DNA of 64,000 nt, taken from the NCBI GenBank assembly GCA_002269645.1, contig NIVC01002626.1, forward strand, positions 1-64,000, read 5' to 3'. The notes under the pieces were generated by a model. The model was not told the origin of the DNA, did no database searches, and was given only the letters and a program-made list of their open reading frames with translations. Source of the DNA: Macrostomum lignano. Its lineage: Eukaryota. This document shows positions 35,881-48,959 of the stretch, piece by piece. How positions within the stretch are numbered: the first letter of the stretch is position 1; every line of letters begins with the position of its first letter. A program made the position numbers and the translations under genes.

Positions 35881-36519
35881 GAGATAATTGGCATTCCACC
35901 TTGACTTGACAAACTATACATATAGGATCTACAGGAGCCACACAGACTAAATGAGAATCTGGCTTGGTATATTGGCTGCTCAGGTTTTAGGCTTGAGCAA
36001 AAGCTCAAACAGATCGAGTCGAAATATGCTGGAAGAGATGAGGGGAGAGGAAGAGGAAGTGGGAGAGACTGGGCTGAGTTGGGGAGAGGAGAGGAATAGA
36101 AAGTGAACTGATGAGGCGGGAGAAAGCCCAGCCAGCTTTAGAGCAGAGCTGCCAAGGACCAGCGCAATTAACATGCGCGCAATTATACATGAGGGATTTC
36201 GGCCTGGGCAGTTGGGAATATGCAGTGCTGGATTCTTTGCAACTGGGTTTACTTGGATCTCTCTTCTCGCAAGCTGCTGAGCCAAGCTCCTCGCGTGTCC
36301 AAGCCCCGGGGCTGCTTGGGCCCGCCATTATTTCCGCTGTTAAGTTTCTTCACCCTGAGCTGGCATCTACGCCTTGATCGTAGAAATTTCGAATCGTAAT
36401 ACACGCAATAATATATTACAAAAGTTGTTAAGGTCACGCGCACGGTTGGGTCACATCAGTTTGAAGAGAATTTGGGAGCTCTTTGAGTGATAAAAGATGA
36501 TTTCAGCTTCTGCCCATTC

Positions 36520-38701
36520 CAGAGGCGTCGCCATGGATTTTATCGTGGGGAGGGAGACAAAGCCAAGAATTCCTACATGTACATGACTAAATTCCTATAT
36601 GTCCGAATTAGTGTTTTCAGCGCTCATGTTAGCGCCGCAGGCATTCATGTTAGCGCCGCAGACACTCATGTTAGCGCCGCAGACACTCATGTTAGCGCCG
36701 CAGGCACTCATGTTAGCGCCGCAGACACTCATGTTAGCGCCGCAGGCAGTCATTTTAGCGCCGCAGGCACTCATGTTAGCGCCGCAGGCACTCATGTTAG
36801 CGCCGCAGGCATTCATTTTAGCGCCGCAGACACTCTTTTTAGCGCCGCAGACACTCATGTTAGCGCCGCAGGCACTCATTTTAGCGCCGCAGGCACTCAT
36901 GTTAGCGCCGCAGGCACTCATGTTAGCGCCGCAGGCATTCATGTTAGCGCCCCAGACACTCATTTTAGCGCCGCAGGCACTCATGTTAGCGCCGCAGGCA
37001 TTCATGTTAGCGCCGCAGGCATTCATGTTAGCGCCGCAGACACTCATGTAAGCGCCGCAGACACTCATGTTAGCGCCGCAGGCATTCATGTTAGCGCCAC
37101 AGACACTCATGTTAGCGCCGCAGACACTCATGTTAGCGCCGCAGGCATTCATTTTAGCGCCGCAGGCACTCATGTTAGCGCCGCAGGCACTCATGTTAGC
37201 GCCGCAGGCATTCATTTTAGCGCCGCAGACACTCATTTTAGCGCCGCAGACACTCATTTTAGCGCCACAGACACTCATGTTAGCGCCGCAGGCACTCATT
37301 TTAGCGCCGCAGACACTCATGTTAGCGCCGCAGGCACTCATTTTAGCGCCGCAGGCACTCATGTTAGCGCCGCAGGCACTCATGTTAGCGCCGCAGGCAT
37401 TCATGTTAGCGCCCCAGACACTCATTTTAGCGCCGCAGGCACTCATGTTAGCGCCGCAGGCATTCATGTTAGCGCCGCAGGCATTCATGTTAGCGCCGCA
37501 GACACTCATGTTAGCGCCGCAGCCATTCATGTTAGCGCCGCAGCCATTCATGTTAGCGCCGCAGACACTCATGTTAGCGCCGCAGACACTCATGTTAGAG
37601 CCGCAGGCATTCATGTTAGCGCCACAGACACTCATGTTAGCGCCGCAGACACTCATGTTAGCGCCGCAGGCACTCATTTTAGCGCCGCAGGCACTCATGT
37701 TAGCGCCGCAGGCACTCATTTTAGCGCCGCAGACACTCATTTTAGCGCCACAGACACTCATTTTAGCGCCGCAGACACTCATTTTAGCGCCACAGACACT
37801 CATGTTAGCGCCGCAGGCACTCATTTTAGCGCCACAGGCACTCATGTTAGCGCCGCAGGCATTCATTTTAGCGCCTCAGACACTTATTTTAGTGCCGCAG
37901 ACACTCATTTTAGCGCCGCAGGCACTCATTTTAGCGCCGCAGGCACTCATGTTAGCGCCGCAGGCATTCATTTTAGCGCCGCAGGCACTCATTTTAGCGC
38001 CGCAGGCAGTCATTTTAGCGCCGCAGGCACTCATTTTAGCGCCGCAGACACTCATTTTAGCGCCGCAGGCACTCATTTAGCGCCGCAGGCACTCATTTTA
38101 GCGCCGCAGGCACTCATGTTAGCGCCGCAGGCATTCATTTTAGCGCCGCAGACACTCATTTTAGCGCCGCAGACACTCATTTTAGCGCCACAGACACTCA
38201 TGTTAGCGCCGCAGGCACTCATTTTAGCGCCACAGGCACTCATGTTAGCGCCGCAGGCATTCATTTTAGCGCCTCAGACACTTATTTTAGTGCCGCAGAC
38301 ACTCATTTTAGCGCCGCAGGCACTCATGTTAGCGCCGCAGGCATTCATTTTAGCGCCGCAGGCACTCATGTTAGCGCCGCAGGCACTCATGTTAGCGCCG
38401 CAGGCACTCATGTTAGCGCCGCAGACACTCATTTTAGCGCCGCAGGCACTCATGTTAGCGCCGCAGGCATTCATTTTAGCGCCGCAGGCACTCATTTTAG
38501 CGCCGCAGGCAGTCATTTTAGCGCCGCAGGCACTCATTTTAGCGCCGCAGGCACTCATGTTAGCGCCGCAGGCACTCATGTTAGCGCCGCAGGCACTCAT
38601 GTTAGCGCCGCAGGCACTCATTTTAGCGCCGCAGGCACTCATGTTAGCGCCGCAGGCACTCATTTTAGCGCCGCAGACACTCATGTTAGCGCCGCAGGCA
38701 C
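36520..38701 (+). mobile_element. Second copy of the hAT-like MITE (left end only) with the 21-bp array expanded to about 2.1 kb
   Basis: Same 5' end as 13648 (CAGAGGCGTCGCCATGGATTT...ACAAAGCCAAGAATTC) and the same 21-mer (about 99 copies, 36622-38701). No right TIR was found. Confidence 0.8.
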
Positions 38702-39299
38702 TAGAACCCAGTGGTCGCGGAGCGAGAGTTTCTGGTTATCTGTTTCTATTTGAAGAATTTTCTACAGCTGCTAAGTCAGCAAGATTAGCTGCGGCAGAGA
38801 GTTGGCCTGAGTCCGATGCCGCTGTAGATGAAGCTGGCTAATCCCCTCCGGAATGGGTCGGGAGATGTGGGAAGATGGGATTTCAGATGGGCTCGCGCAC
38901 ATTCTGTGCCTTCAGTCCTATAGTGCAACCCAAAGTCCAACAGTGGAATTTATCCCGATTCTCGAATTCGTTTAATCTCAGCTGTTTAGTTCCTGTGCTG
39001 GATTTGCATAAGCCTACTGTACTTGTGAAATTTTGTGAGCATATACCGATATGTATAGAAAAAAGAGTTTTACAGCGTGCTGAAGTGTTATAATCTTTTG
39101 CTAAAACTAACGGTAAGAAACTATTTTTTATAATAAATTTGGGAAGACTTGAAAGTGCATATTTTTGAATACTTGAACTTAGGTTTGCTGTGCAATATAC
39201 GCTCGCAGTTGCCTAAAATTTCATGCCAGCACAAACTGAAATAAAAAAGCTGACTAATTGAAATTTTGCACAGCTTTTACAATAGATGTAATTTTTTTC

Positions 39300-40200
39300 A
39301 TTGGGTCATCTAAGTGGACATGTAGATTGGGTCATCTGAAGGGACAGGTAGATTGGGTCATCTGAGGACAGGTAGATTGGGTCATCTGAGGACAGGTAGA
39401 TTGGATCATCTGAAGGGTCAGGTAGATTGGGTCATCTGAAGGGACAGGTAGATTGGGTCATCTGAGGACAGGTAGATTGGGTCATCTGAGGACAGGTAGA
39501 TTGGGTCATCTGAGGACAGGTAGATTGGGTCATCTGAAGGGTCAGGTAGATTGGGTCATCTGAAGGGTCAAGTAGATTGGGTTATCTGAAGGGACAGGTT
39601 GATTGGGTCATCTGAAGGCAGGTAGATTGGGTCATCTGAGGACATGTAGATTGGGTCATCTAAGGACCGGCAGATTGGGTCATCTGAAGGGACAGGTAGA
39701 TTGGGTCATCTGAAGGGACAGGTAGATTGGGTCATCTGAAGGGACAGGTAGATTGGGTCATCTGAGGACATGTAGATTGGGTCATCTGAGGACATGTAGA
39801 TTGGGTCATCTGAAGGCATGTAGATTGGGTCATCTGAAGGGACATGTAGATTGGGTCATCTGAGGACAGGTAGATTGGATCATCTGAAGGGACAGGTAGA
39901 TTGGGTCATCTGAGGACAGGTAGATTGGGTCATCTAAGGACAGGTTGATCGGGTCATCTGAGGACAGGTAAATTGGGTCATCTAAGGACAGGTTGATTTG
40001 GTCATCTGAAGTGTCAGGTAGATTGGGTCATCTGAGGACATGTAGATTGGGTCATCCGAGGACAGGTTGACTGGGTCATCTGAAGGGTCAAGTATATTAG
40101 GTCATCTGAGGACATGTTGACTGGGTCATCTGAAGGGTCAAGTAGATTGGGTCATCTGAGGACAGGTAGATTGGGTCATCTGATAACAAGTATATTGGGT
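39300..40200. repeat. 24/26-bp minisatellite (GTAGATTGGGTCATCTGAGGACAG)
   Basis: Tandem periodicity with two length variants. Confidence 0.96.
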
Positions 40201-40333
40201 TACCCGCGGTCATTAATTTTCTGAGGACACGTGCTAAGAAGTTATGTATGTATTTTTTGTCATATCCTGCAAATCTATCAAGCCTCTAGAAGAAGCGCAC
40301 ATTCTGTTTATTTATCTAAACTACCTATTCTAG

Positions 40334-40460
40334 CGGAAATCGGCGACTTCCTAGAAGAGGAATACCTGGACACTCTGTACCTGACCCAGCTGAAAGTTCT
40401 GCCGCAGCCGTACACGGAGGATCTGCTGAAGAAGGTCATGGAGTATCACAAGGCGCACAT
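40334..40460 (+). CDS. FARP: FERM gene exon 5 (AEIGDFLEEEY...VMEYHKAH)
   Basis: QAEIGD motif formed across the splice junction; TAG/GTGAGG boundaries; phase 1/2. Confidence 0.93.
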
Positions 40461-40662
40461 GTGAGGGCTTTTATTATCATACAGGCCACTTGTCTACCAA
40501 GATTTGATTGGCACACGCATTCGATGTCTAATCTCTCTTTAAGTACTTTTATCCGATAAGTTAAGAAAACCTCCACTTCTCAATGTCAATCTTTCTGTAG
40601 ATGTGTATAAGCTTAATAAAGGTTGCCTGAGGAGACGTTCGGAGAGCCTTGCAGTTGAATAG

Positions 40663-41635
40663 TGAATGGTGAGATGGAGAGTGAAGAGTTAGATGGAGAG
40701 TGAAGGGTGAGTTCGAGGAGTGAAGAGTGAGACAGAGAATGAAGGGTGAGATGGAGAGTGAAGGGTGAGATGGAGAGGAAGGGTGAGATGGAGGGTGAAA
40801 GGTGAGATGAGAGTGACGGGTGAGATAGAGAGTGTAGAGTGAGATGGAGAATAAAGGGTGAGATGGGGAGTGAAGGGTGAGATAGAGAGTGAAGGGTGAG
40901 ATGAATAGTGAAGGTTAAGATGGAGAGTGAAGGGTGAGATGAATAGTGAAGGTTAAGATGGAGAGTTAAGGGTGAGATAGAGAGTGAAGGGTGAGATGAA
41001 TAGTGAAGGGTGAGATCGAGAGTAAAGGATAAGATGGAGAGTGTAGGGTGAGATGAATAGTGAAGGGTGAGATGGAGAGTGTAGGGTGAGATGGAGAGTG
41101 TAGGGTGAGATGGAGAGTGAAGGGTGAGATGGAGAGTGTAGGGTGAGATGAAGAGTGAAGGGTGAGATGGAGAGTGAAGGTTTAGATCCAAGGAATGAAG
41201 GTAAGATGGAGAATGAAGGTGATATGGAGAGTGAAGGGTGAGATGGAGAGTGAAGGGTGAGATGGAGAGTGAAGGGTGAGATGGAGAGTGAAGGGTGAGA
41301 TGGAGAGTGAAGGGTGAGATGAATAGTGAAGGGTGAGATCGAGAGTAAAGGATAAGATGGAGAGTGTGGGGTGAGATGAATAGTGAAGGGTGAGATGGAG
41401 AGTGTAAGAGTGTAGGGTGAGATGAATAGTGAAGGGTGAGATGGAGAGTGTAAGGGTGTAGGGTGAGATGAATAGTGAAGGGTGAGATGGAGAGTGTAGG
41501 GTGAGATGGAGAGTGAAGGGTGAGATGGAGAGTGAAGGGTGAGATGGAGAGTGAAGGGTGAGATGGATAGTGAAGGGTGAGATGAATAGTGAAGGTTAAG
41601 ATGGATGGTAAAGGGTGAGATGGGGAGTGAATGAT
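40663..41635 (-). repeat. 19-bp minisatellite, purine-rich orientation (GAGATGGAGAGTGAAGGGT)
   Basis: Reverse complement of the 42259-45990 array. Confidence 0.96.
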
Positions 41636-42258
41636 GAGAGACTGGAGAACAATAGAAAGCAAGGAAGTACACTGTGACATCGTAGAGCAATGATAGCAGA
41701 GAACAAAATAAAAAAAATTGCACTCGTACAATAATGATTCCGCTGTAAGAATATGCATTCATCACTATAGGCGCTTTTTTACTACAGACGCACCAACCAA
41801 GCAAATAAAAATTTTCAGTTCATTTCTTTCTAACGACAAAGGCCAGCCTAAGAGAGAGAGAGATAGAGAGACTAAGGAACTGGTCGCAATTAGCTTGATC
41901 CCCAGTAAAAGACGGTAAGAATTCAAAAAGAACTGTGAAGGTAAGGAGACAGAGGAAGAAGATAGAAGGCACAAGACATGACTCTTGTCTGTGGGGCAAA
42001 GACTGCTAAGTGAGGGTTTTTAGGGAAATTTTAATTAGCAGTTTCAGCCGCAGTTCCTCTGCCTAAGACCAAGGAACAGAGATAGAGGGATGGAAGGCCG
42101 GGGGAAACCCTGCAAATGGAAGCGATTCATGCTTTTAGGGGGAAGATTTCGGATTCTTTATTACCAATACGGCACATACAGCATGGCCTTCGAAATGTGA
42201 AAATGAAATATCATACTAGTACTGGCAGTCCCACAATTTACGTCTGCTTCCGTGTTTA

Positions 42259-45200
42259 TCTCACCCTTCACTCTCCATCTCACCCTTCACTCTCCATCTC
42301 ACCCTTCATTCTCCATCTCACCCTTCACTCTCCATCTCACCCTTCACTCTCCATCTCACCCTTCACTCTCCATCTCACCCTTCACTCTCCATCTCACCCT
42401 ACACTCTCCATCTCACCCTACACTCTCCATCTCACCCTTCACTATTCATCTCACCCTTCACTATTCATCTCACCCTTCACTATCCATCTCACCCTTCACT
42501 ATCCATCTCACCCTTTACCCTCCATCTTAACCTTCACTATTCATCTCACCCTTCACTCTCCATCTCACCCTTAACTCTCCATCTCACCCTTCACTATCCA
42601 TCTCACCCTTCACTATCCATCTCACCCTACACTCTCCATCTTATCCTTTACTCTCGATCTCACTCTTCACTCTCCATCTCACCCTTCACTCTCCATCTCA
42701 CCCTTCACTCTCCATCTCACCCTTCACTCTCCATCTCACCCTTCACTATCCATCTCACCCTTTACCCTCCATCTTAACCTTCACTATTCATCTCACCCTT
42801 CACTCTCCATCTCACCCTTAACTCTCCATCTCACCCTTCACTATCCATCTCACCCTTCACTATCCATCTCACCCTACACTCTCCATCTTATCCTTTACTC
42901 TCGATCTCACTCTTCACTCTCCATCTCACCCTTCACTCTCCATCTCACCCTTCACTCTCCATCTCACCCTTCACTCTCCATCTCACCCTTCAATCTCCAT
43001 CTCACCCTTCACTCTCCATCTCACTCTTAACTCTCCATCTCACCCTTCACTATTCATCTCACCCTTCACTATCCATCTCACCCTTTACCATCCATCTTAA
43101 CCTTCACTCTTCATCTCACCCTTCACTATCCATCTCACCCTTTACAATCCATCTTAACCTTCACTCTTCATCTCACCCTTCACTATCCATCTCACCCTTT
43201 ACCCTCCATCTTAACCTTCACTCTTCATCTCACCCTTCACTCTCCATCTCACCCTTAACTCTCCATCTCACCCTTCACTCTCCATCTCACCCTTAACTCT
43301 CCATCTCACCCTTCACTCTCCATCTCACCTTTAACTCTCCATCTCACCCTTCACTCTCCATCTCACCCTTTACCATCCATCTTAACCTTCACTCTTCATC
43401 TCACCCTTCACTATCCATCTCACCCTTTACCCTCCATCTTAACCTTCACTATTCATCTCACCCTTCACTCTCCATCTCACCCTTAACTCTCCATCTCACC
43501 CTTCACTCTCCATCTCACCCTTAACTCTCCATCTCACCCTTCACTCTCCATCTCACCTTTAACTCTCCATCTCACCCTTCACTCTCCATCTCACCCTTAA
43601 CTCTCCATCTCACCCTTCACTCTCCATCTCACCCTTTACTCTTCATCTCACCTTTTAACCCTTCATCTTAAACCTTCACTCTTCATCTCACCCTTCACTA
43701 TCCATCTCACCCTTTACCCTCCATCTTAACCTTCACTCTCCATCTCACCCTTCACTATCCATCTCACCCTTCACTATCCATCTCACCCTTTACCCTCCAT
43801 CTTAACCTTCACTCTTCATCTCACCCTTCACTATCCATCTCACCCTTTACCCTCCATCTTAACCTTCACTCTCCATCTCACCCTTCACTATCCATCTCAC
43901 CCTTTACCCTCCATCTTAACCTTCACTCTTCATCTCACCCTTCACTATCCATCTCACCCTTTACCCTCCATCTTAACCTTCACTCTCCATCTCACCCTTC
44001 ACTATCCATCTCACCCTTTACCCTCCATCTTAACCTTCACTCTTCATCTCACCCTTCACTATCCATCTCACCCTTTACCCTCCATCTTAACCTTCACTCT
44101 TCATCTCACCCTTCACTATCCATCTCACCCTTTACCCTCCATCTTAACCTTCACTCTTCATCTCACCCTTCACTCTCCATCTCACCCTTCACTCTCAATC
44201 TCACCATTCACTCCCAATCTCACCCTTTACTCTCCATCTCACCCTACACTCTCGATCTCACCCTTTACCATCTATCTCACCTTCATTCCTTGGATCTAAA
44301 CCTTCACTCTCCATCTCACCCTTCACTCTCCATCTCACCTTCATTCTCCATCTCACCTTCATTCCTTGGATCTAAACCTTCACTCTTCATCTCACCCTTC
44401 ACTCTCCATCTCGCCCTTCACTCTCCATCTCACCTTCACTCTCCATCTCACCCTTCACTCTCCATCTCACCCTTCACTCTCCATCTCACCCTTTACCCTC
44501 CATCTTAACCTTCACTCTTCATCTCACCCTTCACTCTCCATCTCACCCTTCACTCTCAATCTCACCATTCACTCCCAATCTCACCCTTTGCTCTCCATCT
44601 CACCCTACACTCTCGATCTCACCCTTTACCATCTATCTCACCTTCATTCCTTGAATCTAAACCTTCACTCTCCATCTCACCCTTCACTCTCCATCTCACC
44701 TTCATTCTCCATCTCACCTTCATTCCTTGGATCTAAACCTTCACTCTCCATCTCACCCTTCACTCTACATCTCGCCCTTCACTCTTCATCTCACCCTTCA
44801 CTATCCATCTCACCCTTTACCCTCCATCTTAACCTTCACTCTTCATCTCACCCTTCACTATCCATCTCACCCTTTACCCTCCATCTTAACCTTCACTCTT
44901 CATCTCACCCTTCACTATCCATCTCACCCTTTACCCTCCATCTTAACCTTCACTCTTCATCTCACCCTTCACTATCCATCTCACCCTTTACCCTCCATCT
45001 TAACCTTCACTCTTCATCTCACCCTTCACTCTTCATCTCACCCTTCACTCTCAATCTCACCATTCACTCCCAATCTCACCCTTTACTCTCCATCTCACCC
45101 TACACTCTCGATCTCACCCTTTACCATCTATCTCACCTTCATTCCTTGGATCTAAACCTTCACTCTCCATCTCACCCTTCACTCTCCATCTCACCTTCAT

Positions 45201-45990
45201 TCTCCATCTCACCCTTCACTCTCCATCTCACCCTTCACTCTCCATCTCACCCTTCACTATCCATCTCACCCTTTACCCTCCATCTTAACCTTCACTCTCC
45301 ATCTCACCCTTCACTCTCCATCTCACCCTTCATTCTCTGTCTCACTCTTCACTCCTCGATCTCACCCTTCACTCTCCATCTCACCCTTCACTCTCCATCT
45401 CACCTTCATTCTCCATCTCACCCTTCACTCTCCATCTCACCCTTCACTCTCAATCTCACCATTCACTCCCAATCTCACCCTTTGCTCTCCATCTCACCCT
45501 ACACTCTCGATCTCACCCTTTACCATCTATCTCACCTTCATTCCTTGAATCTAAACCTTCACTCTCCATCTCACCCTTCACTCTCCATCTCACCTTCATT
45601 CTCCATCTCACCTTCATTCCTTGGATCTAAACCTTCACTCTCCATCTCACCCTTCACTCTCCATCTCGCCCTTCACTCTCCATCTCACCTTCACTCTCCA
45701 TCTCACCCTTCACTCTCCATCTCGCCCTTCACTCTCCATCTCACCTTCACTCTCCATCTCACCCTTCACTCTCCATCTCACCCTTAACTCTCAATCTCAC
45801 CATTCACTCCCAATCTCACCCTTCACTCTCCATCTCACCTTCATTCTCCATCTCACCTTCATTCCTTGGATCTAAACCTTCACTCTCCTTCTCACCCTTC
45901 ACTCTCCATCTCACCCTTCACTCTCCATCTTACCCTTCACTCTCTATCTTACCCTCACCCTCTATCTCACCCTTCACTCCCTCACCTTTC
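42259..45990 (+). repeat. 19-bp minisatellite, pyrimidine-rich orientation (TCACCCTTCACTCTCCATC), with higher-order blocks
   Basis: About 3.7 kb tandem array with recurring variant blocks (TTCCTTGGATCTAAACC, TTTACCCTCCATCTTAACC). Confidence 0.97.
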
Positions 45991-46082
45991 ACTCTACACT
46001 TTTTTATCGTCATGCATCTCCACAAACGAATAGATGAAGTATTCAGTTATTAATAGTTTAAAAATGAACCAATAAATTTCAG

Positions 46083-46326
46083 CGGCCTAACGCCAGAAGA
46101 CTCTGAGTACAGTCTGTTGGACACGGCTCGGAAAGTGGAACTGTACGGCATCCGGCTGCACCCGGCCAAGGATCACGAAGGCTTGCCATTGAATTTGGCA
46201 GTTGCGCACGCCGGCGTGCTGGTGTTTCAAAATACCAGTCGTATCAATACGTTCAGTTGGGCCAAAGTTCGAAAGCTCAGCTTTAAAAGGAAGAAGTTTC
46301 TAGTGAAACTGCATCCGGAGGGTTAC
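46083..46326 (+). CDS. FARP: FERM gene exon 6 (GLTPED...[62 protein letters not shown]), FERM-C
   Basis: [12 protein letters not shown]...LAVA..G.LVFQ...[18 protein letters not shown] is the FARP1/2-FRMD7-Cdep subfamily signature (recalled, not searched); CAG/GTGAGT boundaries; phase 2/0. Confidence 0.95.
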
Positions 46327-46368
46327 GTGAGTTACTGTGGTTTACTGTTGGTTTCATTGTCGTATATC

Positions 46369-47679
46369 TGAGGGTCACTCAGAAAGTTCTTAGCTTGAAC
46401 ACGAAAACAGCAACAAATGAACTAAAAAACGACTACAAGTGCTCAAAATACTCTCCACCGGCATTGATACAGGCTTGCATCCTGTGAAACCAGCTGTCGA
46501 AGCACTGCCGCCAATCCTCATCCCGGAGCTCCTCGATGATGTTTTTAAACTCATTCACAGCTTCTTCCGGTGAAGAAAAGACCTGGCCCTTCAGAATCTC
46601 CTTGCACTTCGGAAACAGAAAAAAGTCGCACGGTGCCAGGTCTGGACTGTAAGCAGGGTGAGTCATCAGCTGGACCCCACAGTCAGCCAGAAACTCCAGA
46701 GTTTGAGCCGCCGTGTGCGCGCTGGCGTTGTCGTGGTGCAGAAGCACCCCACGCATTCCGCACCTTGGGCGCCTCTGGCTCACAGCAGAAAAGACCTTGG
46801 GCAGGCAAACCGTTGTGTACCAGTCAGCGGTGACTGTCTGGCGATCTTCAAGTGAAACGGAAGCCACATGCCCAGTGCGCATGAAGAAACAGGCCACCAT
46901 CTGCTTGCCGACACTCCGGCTGCGTCGAAACTTGGTGGGGCTGTCCTCGTCTCCAAAGGTCCACATGGCTGACTGGCGCTTGCTTTCGGGGTCGTATTGA
47001 TAAATCCAGGTCTCATCGCCCGTGAGGATGTCCCAGATACGCCGGCTGGTCCCGGATTCGAATTTCTGCAGCATGAATCGGCACCAAGCCACCCTGGTGT
47101 CCTTCTGCACGTCCGACAGCTGATGGGGGATCCACCGGGAAGCCAGCTTCCGCACTCCAAGGTGTTCGTGCATAATGGCGTGCACACTCCCCGATCCAAT
47201 ACCGATCTCCTGCTGGATCTGCTGGTAGGTCACTCGCCGGTCAGCGGCAATCATGCTGGACACAGCGCAGATATTTTCTGGAGTCACTGCGTCACAGGGT
47301 CTCCCGGATCGATGTTCATCTTCGAGGCTTTCTCGACCTCGGCGAAACTCAGCGAACCAGTTTTTGACGGTTGCGTATGAAGGACATACATGGGTGAAAA
47401 CGTTCTGTAAAGTTTGATACGATTCGGCCGGCGACTTGCCTTGCTTGAAGTGCAGGTACATCATTGCTCTGAAGTCGCGATTTTCCAGCTTCATTGTTGA
47501 ATTGAAGATCTCAGGGGGGTGAACTGACTTTAACTCGCTGCAGTGGACTCAAAAGTGGCTGCTTCTGTTTGAAATTTTTGCTGCGATACTTTTAAAAGTT
47601 GGTCTTTACCATAGACAAATTTCATGCTTCTACGTCTCGTGGATCCTACTCAGGCTAAATACTTTCTGAGTGACCCTCG
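46369..47679 (-). mobile_element. Mariner (DD34D) DNA transposon, about 1.31 kb, irritans-like TIRs
   Basis: 29-bp TIRs at 46370-46398 and 47650-47678 (GAGGGTCACTCAGAAAGT..TTAGC.TGA, 3 mismatches) enclose the transposase ORF. Confidence 0.95.
46433..47494 (-). CDS. Mariner transposase, 353 aa, uninterrupted
   Basis: N-terminal HTH region, WIPHQL linker, TGDETW, HDNA...YSPDLAPCD with 34 residues between the second and third Asp. Confidence 0.96.
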   Translation of the reverse strand: MKLENRDFRAMMYLHFKQGKSPAESYQTLQNVFTHVCPSYATVKNWFAEFRRGRESLEDEHRSGRPCDAVTPENICAVSSMIAADRRVTYQQIQQEIGIGSGSVHAIMHEHLGVRKLASRWIPHQLSDVQKDTRVAWCRFMLQKFESGTSRRIWDILTGDETWIYQYDPESKRQSAMWTFGDEDSPTKFRRSRSVGKQMVACFFMRTGHVASVSLEDRQTVTADWYTTVCLPKVFSAVSQRRPRCGMRGVLLHHDNASAHTAAQTLEFLADCGVQLMTHPAYSPDLAPCDFFLFPKCKEILKGQVFSSPEEAVNEFKNIIEELRDEDWRQCFDSWFHRMQACINAGGEYFEHL

Positions 47680-47699
47680 CTGAGGGCTTATGGGAATGT

Positions 47700-48270
47700 A
47701 TAGACAATGAGAGTGTGGATAGAGATGATAAGAGTGTGGATATAAATGATAAGAGATAATAAGAATGTGGATAGAGGTGATAAGAGTGTGAATAGAGATG
47801 ATAAGATTGTGGATAGAGATGCTAATAGTGTGAATAGAGATGCTAAGAGTGAGGATAGAGATGATAAGAGATGATAAGAGTGTGGATAGAGATGATAAGA
47901 TTGTGGATAGAGATGCTAATAGTGTGAATAGAGATGCTAAGAGTGTGGATAGAGATGATAAGAGATGATAAGAGTGTGGATAGAGATGATAAGAGTGTGG
48001 ATAGAGATGATAAGAGATGATAAGAGTGTGGATAGAGATGATAAGAGTGAGGATAGAGATGCTAAGAGTGTGAATAGATATGATAAGAGTGAGGATAGAG
48101 ATGCTTAGAGTGTGAATAGATATGATAAGAGTGAGGATAGAGATGCTAAGAGTGTGAATAGATATGATAAGAGTGAGGATAGAGATGCTTAGAGTGTGAA
48201 TAGATATGATAAGAGTGTGGATAGAGATGATAAGAGTGTGGGTAGAGATGATAAGAGTGTGGGTAGATAT
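47700..48270. repeat. About 21-bp purine-rich minisatellite (GAGTGTGGATAGAGATGATAA)
   Basis: Tandem periodicity. Confidence 0.92.
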
Positions 48271-48959
48271 GCTAGGGCGTAAATACTTGCATTCAGTTCG
48301 TGGCAAACGCATGTTTCTCAACATGTATTGTATTGCCTAATAGAAAAGTGAACTGCAATAGGAGTACAATTTCACTAAATTCATATTTCATACTCAATCA
48401 ATAGAAGCTATTGAAACATCACCATGTTGCAGTGCTTTCAAGAGCTACAGCTTATTGTAATGCAATATCCGTATTTTTCCTTCCCACTTCATTTCCTTTC
48501 CCCTTTCTTCTGCTCTGGCAGGAAACAGTTTGCGACCTGCAATGCACTTAACAGGCGAATTATTATCGCTTGTAGTATAGCGGATTCCTGTTTGAATATG
48601 AATGCCATATATGCTCGCTAGTAACTGCTAGAGCTCTTAATTAGTTCGCTCTGTTAGCTACGTCTCTCTCTCTCTCCTCTCCTCTCTCACTCTCGCAAAA
48701 GACGGATGAGCGAGTCTGAAGTTCTATGAAGTGAAAACCATTTAAACCTAAAAAGTCCCCTATGTATAAGCATTTTGCGCAGTATATATGTCCGTTCGTA
48801 TAAGCTCGTTCCAGTTTAAATAAAGTTCCTTCCTTCTAGTCCCTGAAAAACCGATTTCTCATGCGTTTTAAGCTGTCAGACAGTCAGTTGAAGACAAGAA
48901 TTCTCTGGGAAAGCTGGGAAACTAGCAATTGGTCTTTTGGGTCTTTTCCCTGCAGTGAA

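Noticed and set aside
36108-36135. CTGATGAGGC...GCC hammerhead-like start
   Set aside because: No GAAA after the putative stem II and no stem I/III; the core is incomplete.
36487-38841. 784-aa ORF (HVSAAG repeats) and overlapping long ORFs
   Set aside because: Products of a 21-bp (multiple of 3) stop-free minisatellite inside a MITE in an intron; no coding evidence.
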